A DNA stretch of 64,000 bases from Podarcis melisellensis (Eukaryota), in NCBI GenBank assembly GCA_964234715.1, contig OZ174283.1; one strand, written 5' to 3'. Below, one piece after another: positions 11,251 through 19,065 of this stretch. The notes under the pieces are model-generated. The model saw only the letters and a program-made list of their open reading frames with translations. It did not search any database and had not been told where the DNA came from. Position 1 is the stretch's first letter; the number at the start of each line of letters is the position of its first letter. The position numbers and the translations under genes were made by a program.

Positions 11251-14200
11251 TCCATCCCCCCCTCGAAGCCCCCCCTTCCCCCCTCCCGCTCGCCGGGGAC
11301 CGGTTGTGGAAACTGCGGCTCTTCGGGGGTAGGCTCAGGATACAGGTCGTCTACGTCAATGTTCTCTGCTGGCAGTTCTGTGTATGTGTATTCGAAGTCG
11401 GGTTCTTCCCCCAAATGCTTCTCAGTCTCTGCTTCCATCGCTACTTCCTCCGGTGCTGCCCGCCAAGGACCTATCAGCCACCTCTTACGCCATTCCTCCT
11501 CTGGCTGCTCCTCCCACCAATAAGGGGTTTCCGTGTCCACCCCCGAGCACGATCCCCTGGGCGGGCTTGATGCTGGTGTTCTTTCCTCGGGGGAAGAGAA
11601 ACCCCTGAACGTGCTATCTGACAATGTGGGTGTGAAAAGCCAGTCATCAAAGTACTCAGCTGGCATGGGTCTATGTGGGAAAAGTGCATGGAACTCGTCT
11701 TTCAAAAGGGGTTCGTCTAACTCGTAGCCTGGCACCCAACTATTAGCAGCGGCTGGTGTGCCCTCCCTGGCGAGAAAATATTCAACTCCCTCCTCCCCCC
11801 ATCTCGAGTCCAGTATCTCTGTGACCTCGTTAAGAGGTTCTGGTCTTGGCGATTCCCCCCCCTCAGGCGCCCTCCTACGTGGCTCTGGGGGTGCTCCTGA
11901 CTCTTGAAACCTGTGTGGGGTTTTGTAGGGAGTGAGCACCGACCTATGAAAGACCGGGTGCACCCTGGAACCTTCCGGAAGGGCTAGACGAAAAGCCACC
12001 GGATTGATCTTAGCCTCAACTTGATATGGCCCTAGCTGCCTGTGTCCTAACTTCTTCTTGGCCAATGACCTGGCCGGCATCGCGTGGGCTGCTAACCACA
12101 CCCAGTCCCCAACCTGGATGTCCTCTCCCGCCCTCCTGTGCTTATCGGCCTGCACCTTATACGCCTGTTTCGCCAGCTCCAAATGTCTCCGCAGCTCCTC
12201 GTGCACCTCTTGCAACTCCGCTGCAAACTGGTCGGCATCTTGAGGCCCCCCCCCTCCTGGTGCCGCAAATCTCGGGAAGGTTCTGGGATGACGGCCATTG
12301 TTCGCGAAGAAAGGCGTCACCCCGGTGGATGCGTGTTTCGTGTTGTTGTAGGCGAATTCAGCCATCGGTAGATAGTCCACCCACGCCGCAGGTCGCTGGT
12401 TGGCGTAGCACCGCAGGTACTGCTGCATGATCGCGTTGACCCTCTCCGCTTGACCGTTGGTTTGTGGATGCCGCGCCGATGTCAGGTTGATTTTGACGTG
12501 CAAGATGCCCAGAAGCTTTCGCCAGAAAGTGGAAACAAACTGGCGCCCCCTGTCGGACAAGACGGACTGCGGAAGTCCATGCACTCTGAAGACGTGATCG
12601 ATGAAGAGCTTTGCGGTCTGTTCTGCCGTCGCCACCTTGGCACAAGGGATGAAGTGCGCCATCTTGGTGAACAAGTCCACCACCACTAACACCGCCGTCT
12701 TACCTCTGGAGCTGGGCAGGTCTGTAACAAAGTCCAACGCTACCCTCTCCCACGGTTGCTGCGGTGTCTCCAGCGGTTCTAGCAATCCCGCCTGCTTCTG
12801 GTGCACTGGTTTGGACCTCTGGCAGATATCACACCTGGCGACGTAGTCCGCCACCTCTCCTCTCATCTGGGGCCACCAAAAGTCTCTAGCCACCAACTCC
12901 ATCGTCTTCTCTTTGCCGAAATGGCCTGCACTAGGGGCGTCATGCAACTGTTGCAGAACCTTGGCTCGAAGATCGTCGGTGGGCACGTAAAGGGCACCCT
13001 TACGAGTCAAAAGTCCATCATGCAATTGAAACTCATCGTTGCGTCGCGACCCTCCGCGTAGCTCCTCCATCTTAGACTGTGCAAACTGATCCCTTTGCAA
13101 CGCGCGTCGCACCGCGTCCAGGTCGACTGCGATGGTAGCGCACGTCCACGCCTGCGGTGCGAAAATGTGCTTTGCTGCGATTGGAGCTGCTTCCTCCAAG
13201 TATTGCGGCTTTCGGGACAGCGCGTCTGCAATAACATTGGAGTCTCCTGGGATGTATTCTATTTTGAAGTCGAAATCCGCAAAGAACTCCGCCCAGCGCA
13301 TGTGTCGCTGGGTCTGCAACTTAGCCGTCCGCCAATACTCTAAGTTCTTGTGATCCGTGCGGACCTGCACCGTGTGCTTGGCTCCTATTAAGAAGTGTCG
13401 CCACGCTTTGAAAGCTGCATGAATGGCCAACAACTCCCTGTCCCATATGGTATAATTGCGCTCCGTCTTGCTGAGCTTCCGGGAGTAGAACGCACCCGGT
13501 CGCCAGTTGCCTTGTGAATCCTCTTGCAAAAGAACGGCCCCAACCGCTCTATCTGACGCATCGGTCTCTACCCGCATGGGTTTGCCGGGATTCACGTGGA
13601 GCAGCTGCTCTTCGGAGGCGAAAAGACCCTTAAGCGTCCGGAAGGACCGCTCCGCTTGTTCGGTCCAGACGAACTTCTTCTTCTTGGAACTGAGGGTGTC
13701 AGTGATCGCCGCCGTCGCGTTTGCAAAACCTTTAATAAACTTGCGGTAAAAATTGGCAAAGCCGATGAACCTCTGGACCTCTTTCCGATTTCGAGGGCTT
13801 TTCCAGTCCAACAGCGCTTGAACCTTAGCCCTGTCCATGGCCAGTCCCTCGTCGGACAACTTGTAGCCAAGGAAATCAACCTCTCTGACATCAAACTGGC
13901 ACTTTTCCAACTTGGCGTACAGCCTGTGTTCCTTCAGCCTCTGCAGGACCTCTCTCACGTCCTTATCGTGATCCTCCGGCGATTCCGAGAAAATCAGGAT
14001 ATCGTCGAGAAAGCAGACACACTTTTTGTAGAGGAGACCTGCTAGCACGTGGTGCATAAATGCTTGAAAAACGTGGCTGCCATTTTGGAGGCCGAAAGGC
14101 ATGACTCTGTATTCGTATGTGCCCAGAGGGGTGAACATGGCGGTCTTCCACTCATCTCCTTTCCGGATGCGGATGAGATTGTAAGCTCCACGTAGGTCCA

Positions 14201-15134
14201 GCTTGGTGAAAATCTTGCCCCTCCTGACGGTCGCTAAAAGGTCGTCAATCTTGGGCATGGGGAAAGCTTTGGGCTTAGTCAAGCTGTTGATGAACCTGTA
14301 ATCCACTATAAGCCTTTTGTGGGGCGTGTCTTTCTTCTTCACAAAGAAAACAGGGCTGCCTCCCGCTGCTTTAGATTCCTGGATGAAACCGCGCTTGAGG
14401 TTATGGTCTATGAACTCCCGAAGCTCTTGCATTTCGTCCTCCGACATGGAGTACAGCTTGGCAGCAGGCAGTTGCGCCCCTGGCACTAAATCAATCGCGC
14501 AGTCGTAAGGTCTGTGAGGCGGCAACTTGTCAGCTTCCTTCTCACAGAAAACCTCCAAGAATTCCTGGTACTTGTGAGGCACTGTTTGCACCATACCCAG
14601 ATGCAACGGCTGCTCAGCTTCTCCTCCCTGATCGGTCTGAAAGCAATGCTGAGCACAATACGACGAACAAAAGTTGATCTGCCTCTGGTACCACGCAACC
14701 GCGGGACTGTGCCTCTCCAGCCAACTCATGCCTAACACGATGGGTGTGTCCGATAAGTGGGTGACATTGAAACTAATAAGCTCTCGATGGTTGCCAATCT
14801 GCATCATCATGGGAGGGGTTTGCTGCACCACTTGCCCCCCCAGCAACCTCCTGCCGTCCACCGTGACCACGTTCAGAGGCGTCGTTGCAGGCAGGAGCGC
14901 CATGTTGTGCTGCTTAACGAACTGCAGTCCCATGAAGTCGGCGTTGCTTCCCGAATCGATCGTTATTGGAACCTCGAGGAGTCTCCCATCAGGCAACTGG
15001 AGTGTCGCTGTGAGCAGAACTGCCGGTTTGGGAGGCAAAGGGTCCACGCTCTGCAGTGATGCTGGGGGCTTGTCTACAGATCCGCCTGGCTGAGCCCCAG
15101 TAGCTCTGCTTCCAGCCAGGCACTGTCGTTTCCC
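10614..15134 (-). CDS. pol: Pol (protease-RT-RNase H-integrase-chromodomain plus long C-terminal tail), expressed as Gag-Pol by -1 frameshift
   Basis: Protease IDSGS (DSG at 14949-14957); RT LDLRGAY...FLDD (14001-14012); RNase H TDASD...RELLAI...TDHKNL...ADALSR; integrase HHCC, D-D-E (DFVTDLP, SDRG, QAERVN) and GPY (12024-12032); chromodomain-like segment 11688-11834; uninterrupted frame, -1 relative to gag. Confidence 0.96.
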   Translation of the reverse strand, partial: GKRQCLAGSRATGAQPGGSVDKPPASLQSVDPLPPKPAVLLTATLQLPDGRLLEVPITIDSGSNADFMGLQFVKQHNMALLPATTPLNVVTVDGRRLLGGQVVQQTPPMMMQIGNHRELISFNVTHLSDTPIVLGMSWLERHSPAVAWYQRQINFCSSYCAQHCFQTDQGGEAEQPLHLGMVQTVPHKYQEFLEVFCEKEADKLPPHRPYDCAIDLVPGAQLPAAKLYSMSEDEMQELREFIDHNLKRGFIQESKAAGGSPVFFVKKKDTPHKRLIVDYRFINSLTKPKAFPMPKIDDLLATVRRGKIFTKLDLRGAYNLIRIRKGDEWKTAMFTPLGTYEYRVMPFGLQNGSHVFQAFMHHVLAGLLYKKCVCFLDDILIFSESPEDHDKDVREVLQRLKEHRLYAKLEKCQFDVREVDFLGYKLSDEGLAMDRAKVQALLDWKSPRNRKEVQRFIGFANFYRKFIKGFANATAAITDTLSSKKKKFVWTEQAERSFRTLKGLFASEEQLLHVNPGKPMRVETDASDRAVGAVLLQEDSQGNWRPGAFYSRKLSKTERNYTIWDRELLAIHAAFKAWRHFLIGAKHTVQVRTDHKNLEYWRTAKLQTQRHMRWAEFFADFDFKIEYIPGDSNVIADALSRKPQYLEEAAPIAAKHIFAPQAWTCATIAVDLDAVRRALQRDQFAQSKMEELRGGSRRNDEFQLHDGLLTRKGALYVPTDDLRAKVLQQLHDAPSAGHFGKEKTMELVARDFWWPQMRGEVADYVARCDICQRSKPVHQKQAGLLEPLETPQQPWERVALDFVTDLPSSRGKTAVLVVVDLFTKMAHFIPCAKVATAEQTAKLFIDHVFRVHGLPQSVLSDRGRQFVSTFWRKLLGILHVKINLTSARHPQTNGQAERVNAIMQQYLRCYANQRPAAWVDYLPMAEFAYNNTKHASTGVTPFFANNGRHPRTFPRFAAPGGGGPQDADQFAAELQEVHEELRRHLELAKQAYKVQADKHRRAGEDIQVGDWVWLAAHAMPARSLAKKKLGHRQLGPYQVEAKINPVAFRLALPEGSRVHPVFHRSVLTPYKTPHRFQESGAPPEPRRRAPEGGESPRPEPLNEVTEILDSRWGEEGVEYFLAREGTPAAANSWVPGYELDEPLLKDEFHALFPHRPMPAEYFDDWLFTPTLSDSTFRGFSSPEERTPASSPPRGSCSGVDTETPYWWEEQPEEEWRKRWLIGPWRAAPEEVAMEAETEKHLGEEPDFEYTYTELPAENIDVDDLYPEPTPEEPQFPQPVPGEREGGRGGFEGGMDVRVSGREEEMTEETESEWEEGQKDEEEDDGILRESTSLSSESEDSQKGVTLIKQRGGEGRSGEEPSGRQRKQETSQPERSKGGGVVSLSEGAGLGENRERGLEQGVQPERVESRTGGGVAVERKVSSNVRAPSSNVEARGSGESSGEEPGPKARKRGEEAAEDSASGESRREGTQGGRKTLRKRKERKRWSRARLLSWCGRGEESEGTSAV
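11251..11264 (-). other. Polypurine tract GAGGGGGGGATGGA
   Basis: Directly abuts the TG of the 3' LTR on the minus strand. Confidence 0.9.
15062..15134 (-). other. Programmed -1 ribosomal frameshift signal (G GGA AAC plus predicted pseudoknot)
   Basis: Slip heptamer at 15128-15134 is in the gag frame; 6-nt spacer; 9-bp stem GCCUGGCUG/CAGCCAGGC (15113-15121 with 15084-15092); loop CUGGGG can pair with CCCCAG near 15062-15067. Confidence 0.88.
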
Positions 15135-16150
15135 TGAAGCTGCTCCCCTGGTTGCACCTCTGCTGTTACAGTTGCCAGCGCTGCAGTGTGCTTCTGGAGC
15201 CTCTGGGGGCACTCTTTCGCCATATGGTGCGCACTGTCACAGATGTAACACTTCCTGGTTCCTCTAGGAGGCTTCGCTTTGGCTGCACCAGGGACAGGGC
15301 TCTGGGACGGCTTCTGAGCCCTAGCACCACCAATCTCCATTGGCTCCTCGCTGTCCTTCCCCATTGGCGAGGGGTGCGCACGGCTGAAGTCCCTGTGCAC
15401 AAAAGGGAGAGTCCTTGCTTGCGCACGCGCTTGGGGCCCGTCCTCCTCGTGCCACGGACGCCCCTCATGTCGAATTCCAATAGCTAAAGCCCGGTGCACC
15501 ACGTCTTCTAGGGTCTGGGGTCTGTCCCCCCTAGCGATCTCATCCTTGATGGGGGGGCTCAATCCCTCCCAAAAAAGATCTCTGACCGGTTTACTGTCCT
15601 TTGGCCAATCTAAGGCGGTGAGCAACGCAAAAAATTTAGAGTGGTATTGGCGCACAGTCGCTTTCCCCTGCCTCAGCCCGTGCATTTGACGGCGCGCAAT
15701 GTCCACATCCACAGAGGATTGAAAACAAGAATCCATCGCTTTGATGAACGCAGTTGAATCGCGACGGGCCGGTCCATCTTCGCGCCACAAATTGCGTAGC
15801 CAAGCCCTGGCCTCCCCATGCAGGTGCGAAACAATGAACCCCACTTTCTCCTCCTCATCTTTAAAATCGTGACGGAGTAAGTGCAGTGCATATACAACGT
15901 CCGCTCTGAAATTGGGATAGTCTTGCAAGTTGCCATTAAAATGCGGAACTAGGGCACCCCCCCTCCGTCCAAGCGCAATGCCCTCCGCTCTGGATCCTGG
16001 GGCCCCCGCCTTGTCCGCGCGCTCCCACCTTGCCTGCAAATCCTGGCACGTCTTCTCCAAGTCGTCATTCTTCTTCTGCGAAGCAATGACTGCCGATGTG
16101 AGAGCGGTAACCTGATTCCGCAATGCAACCAGCTGCTCCTCAGCGCTCAT
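15074..16150 (-). CDS. gag: Gag polyprotein (358 aa from the first ATG after the PBS)
   Basis: ATG at 16150 in the context gcagccATG; N-terminal coiled-coil-like segment; Ty3/PEG10-type capsid motifs (FNGN, KVGFIVSHLHGEARAW, LRQG, EPMEIG); CCHC knuckle CYICDSAHHMAKEC. The ORF-track start at 16255 lies inside the LTR. Confidence 0.95.
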   Translation of the reverse strand: MSAEEQLVALRNQVTALTSAVIASQKKNDDLEKTCQDLQARWERADKAGAPGSRAEGIALGRRGGALVPHFNGNLQDYPNFRADVVYALHLLRHDFKDEEEKVGFIVSHLHGEARAWLRNLWREDGPARRDSTAFIKAMDSCFQSSVDVDIARRQMHGLRQGKATVRQYHSKFFALLTALDWPKDSKPVRDLFWEGLSPPIKDEIARGDRPQTLEDVVHRALAIGIRHEGRPWHEEDGPQARAQARTLPFVHRDFSRAHPSPMGKDSEEPMEIGGARAQKPSQSPVPGAAKAKPPRGTRKCYICDSAHHMAKECPQRLQKHTAALATVTAEVQPGEQLQGNDSAWLEAELLGLSQADL

Positions 16151-16197
16151 GGCTGCTCCCGTTCGTGAGCTTCGCAAAAAAAAATTTTTGCTTTGAG

Positions 16198-16208
16198 AGA
16201 GGGGACTT
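16198..16208 (-). promoter_or_regulatory. Primer binding site of self-priming type (AAGTCCCCTCT)
   Basis: Begins 2 nt after the 5' LTR; lacks the TGG start of a tRNA PBS; exact 11-nt complement of AGAGGGGACTT at 16362-16352 in the LTR. Confidence 0.85.
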
Positions 16209-16210
16209 AC

Positions 16211-16977
16211 TGTCACGGCCACCCAGGACGGGTCCCAGCTCACAAGAGACCTCACTCCGTTGCAGCTTATTTACAGGAAAAGTTTATTGAAGATTTCTGC
16301 TTCTCATACAGTTCAGCATTGTGGCCGTACGTCTGCCACGTTAGACCGCTGAAGTCCCCTCTGACTCCTCCCCTCTTCCGCACCAACTTAATAGCCTGGC
16401 TCTAGACCACCTCTTCCTCTCCTTTCTTTTCCGCAGGGTCTTCCTGCCCCCCTGGGTTCCCTCTCTCCGTGACTCGCCTGAGGCTGAATCCTCTGCCGCC
16501 TCTTCCCCCCTCTTTCTGGCTTTAGGGCCGGGCTCCTCCCCTGAGCTCTCTCCACTTCCGCGCGCCTCTACGTTTGAACTTGGCGCGCGTACGTTGCTGC
16601 TGACCTTTCTTTCGACCGCTACACCACCCCCTGTTCTGCTCTCCACCCTTTCCGGCTGAACACCCTGCTCCAACCCCCTCTCTCTGTTCTCTCCTAACCC
16701 TGCTCCCTCCGAGAGGCTGACGACTCCACCCCCTTTACTCCGTTCCGGCTGAGACGTCTCTTGCTTCCTCTGTCTTCCACTGGGCTCCTCTCCGCTTCTC
16801 CCTTCTCCTCCCCTTTGCTTGATTAAGGTAACCCCCTTTTGAGAATCCTCTGACTCGCTGCTCAGACTCGTGGATTCCCTCAGAATTCCGTCATCTTCTT
16901 CCTCATCCTTCTGCCCCTCCTCCCACTCGCTCTCCGTCTCCTCTGTCATCTCCTCCTCTCTCCCAGAAACCCTGACA
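16211..16977 (-). repeat. 5' LTR (767 bp)
   Basis: Direct repeat of 10484-11250 at offset 5727, no mismatch seen by eye; lies upstream of gag on the minus strand. Confidence 0.97.
16388..16393 (-). promoter_or_regulatory. TATA-like box (TATTAA) of the LTR promoter; predicted TSS about 16362
   Basis: AT-rich hexamer in a purine/GC-rich U3; starts 31 nt upstream of the predicted self-primer 5' end. Confidence 0.7.
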
Positions 16978-17739
16978 GTTACCTTGTCATATGATACCAA
17001 TTATTTTAAGTGTGTGTGACATATAGTTGACACACTGTAAATGGGATGTTGCCTCTCAGCAGGTTTCATTCCTAAACCTGCTGAACTTAAAAGGGGGCGG
17101 GGGGACCTTGTATAGTGAAGAACAATATGCCATAAAAATATTTCCATTCATTAAAGGTATAATCCATTAAAATCATGGTAAGATTTGCCATTTACTTCAG
17201 TGGAATTTGAGTTGCAACCTTACAGTGCAGTCTTCTGTGTTTTACACAGGCGTGCCTTTAAATTCAATGTGATTTATAACTAGGTAAATGCATGTAACTG
17301 GTTGAAATATTTTAGTTTTCCATAATCTGAGCTAATTAGAAAAAGAGAAGCATAAGCTTCAAACGAGGCTCATTGAAACTACATACACATATGTAAATGT
17401 TTGCAACACTTACACAAAGAAATCTTAAATAATCTACAGTTATATTTCTTTTTAATTTGATACTTCAAGCACGCCTCAGGAAAGAATACAGGAAATGTAG
17501 GCAGAAAATCCAGAAGGAATGACCTTTTGATAAAATGAATGTTTACATCAATGCAACATGGATTTTGCAGAGTTAATACTCAGACTTATCAATTAGAAAG
17601 TGTACACTGACTCTCTCTCTCCTCTCTCTCTCTTTAATTGCTTCTAAACACGGAAGGAAGATATCTAGACTGTAATGGTGTAATGGGGTTTAAACATTAC
17701 ACAACTTTGTCAGACTGAAATTATATATATATATATATA

Positions 17740-18093
17740 CAGTGGTGCCCCGCAAGACGAACGCCTCGCAAGACGAAAAACCCGCTAGACGAAAGGGTTT
17801 TCCGTTTTGGAGGCGCTTCGTAAAACGAATTCCCCTATGGGGTTGCTTCGCAAGACGAAAAAAATCTTGCATCCCCCCGCGGGTTTTTTTCGCTTTTTTC
17901 GCCCTTTTCTTAAGCCGCTAAGCCGCTTATCAGCTGTTCTGCTGATAAGCCGCTTAACAGCTGATCGCTGGAAGCCGCTTGACAGCTGTAGCGCTAATCC
18001 GCTAAGCTGTCAATGGGCTTGCTTCGCAAGACGAAAAAACCGATATACGAAGAGCCTCACGGAACGGATTAATTTCGTCTTGCGAGGCACCAC

Positions 18094-18095
<2 letters not shown>
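17740..18095. mobile_element. Tc1/mariner-superfamily MITE between (TA)n tracts
   Basis: TIRs CAGTGGTGCC(C)CGCAAGACGAA / TTCGTCTTGCGAGGCACCACTG; CpG-rich. Confidence 0.88.
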
Positions 18096-18150
<55 letters not shown>

Positions 18151-18165
18151 TGTGTGTGTGTGTGT
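18096..18165. repeat. Compound (TA)n/(GT)n microsatellite
   Basis: Direct inspection. Confidence 0.97.
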
Positions 18166-18414
18166 AAATGGTACCCCCCTGGCCACTTAACAAAACTATT
18201 TTCCCATACACCATGGGTTTCCAGTTCTTTTAAAACTGCACGACATGAAGGAATTCAGTATTATGAACTGCTTCAACATGCAGTGATACAGAAATATATA
18301 CTTCCCCCCCAAATTTCCAGCTATTAAATGTAAAGCTAAGCTGAGATTTCTCATTCCTTTTTCTTTTTTAACATCTGATATTTTTGTTTTTGACAGACAC
18401 ACTTTCAAATCATC

Positions 18415-19065
18415 CTACCTTGCATGAGATGGCACCCCCAGGTTTCTCCATCCTTCACCAGTCGCAGGCTGTGGTTCGGGGGGACGGGTAGCATTGTTAA
18501 TCCGGGAAGATTGATCTTTCAGGGCTCTGCCACCACCATCAATCTCTGGCAATGAATGTGTTGGCCTGGTGTGGGGCACCAAGGAGAGCTTGGCTGTCTG
18601 GCTGGTGTACCAACCATCTAGCACACTGGTGGCCACCCTGTCAGGCCTGCTGGAGGTGGTGGCAGGCTGGGCCTTGGAGTTCCCTAACCTACTGGTTCTG
18701 GGAAACTTCAGCGTTCATGCCGATGCCATCCCCTCCTCTCAGGCTCTGGACCTGGTGTCTTCCATGGCGACATTAGGGCTCTCCCAGTTTGTTTTGGGTC
18801 CCACACATCAAACAGGCCACACGCTGGATCTGATCTTTGGGGCGGGTATAGTGATCATGTCCCCCCTTGTGGAAGTGCCATGGTCTGATCACTACGCTCT
18901 GAAAGCCAGGATTGACTCCCCCCCCCCCCCGCTTGGGTGGCGAACCTATTTGGGCTCGCCCGCAGAGGATGATGGATCCTGATGGATTTCGTCAGGCCTT
19001 GCGGGACCCTGTTCCCCCTGGTGGCTCACTAGATGAGCTTGTCGAGAACTGGAACAACCGGCTCT
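18415..19065 (+). mobile_element. L2-clade LINE APE endonuclease fragment (degraded)
   Basis: Remnants LVYQP, LLVLGNFSVH, GPTHQTGHTLDLIF, WSDHYAL. Confidence 0.85.

Larger units (their letters stand above)
10484..16977 (-). mobile_element. Full-length Ty3/Gypsy (Metaviridae, Sushi/Tf1-like chromovirus) LTR retrotransposon
   Basis: Two 767-bp direct repeats with TGTCA...TGACA ends; 5-bp TSD GTTAC at 10479-10483 and 16978-16982; intact gag and PR-RT-RH-IN-chromo pol; PPT next to the 3' LTR; CpG-rich compared with the flanks. Confidence 0.98.

Noticed and set aside
10614-11690. env-like gene after integrase
   Set aside because: No signal peptide, transmembrane segment or other envelope hallmark; the tail is hydrophilic and in frame with pol
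15135-15212. ORF-track start for pol at 15212
   Set aside because: It lies upstream of the slip site inside gag; pol is better explained by the -1 frameshift at 15128-15134
11143-16115. Many short plus-strand and alternate-frame ORFs inside the retrotransposon
   Set aside because: Shadow ORFs expected in GC-rich coding DNA; no recognisable motifs
16341-17000. 219-aa ORF over the 5' LTR as an independent gene
   Set aside because: It is the duplicate of the U3 frame. It starts at a TTG in host flank and lies almost entirely upstream of the predicted TSS, so the element's own transcript does not cover it
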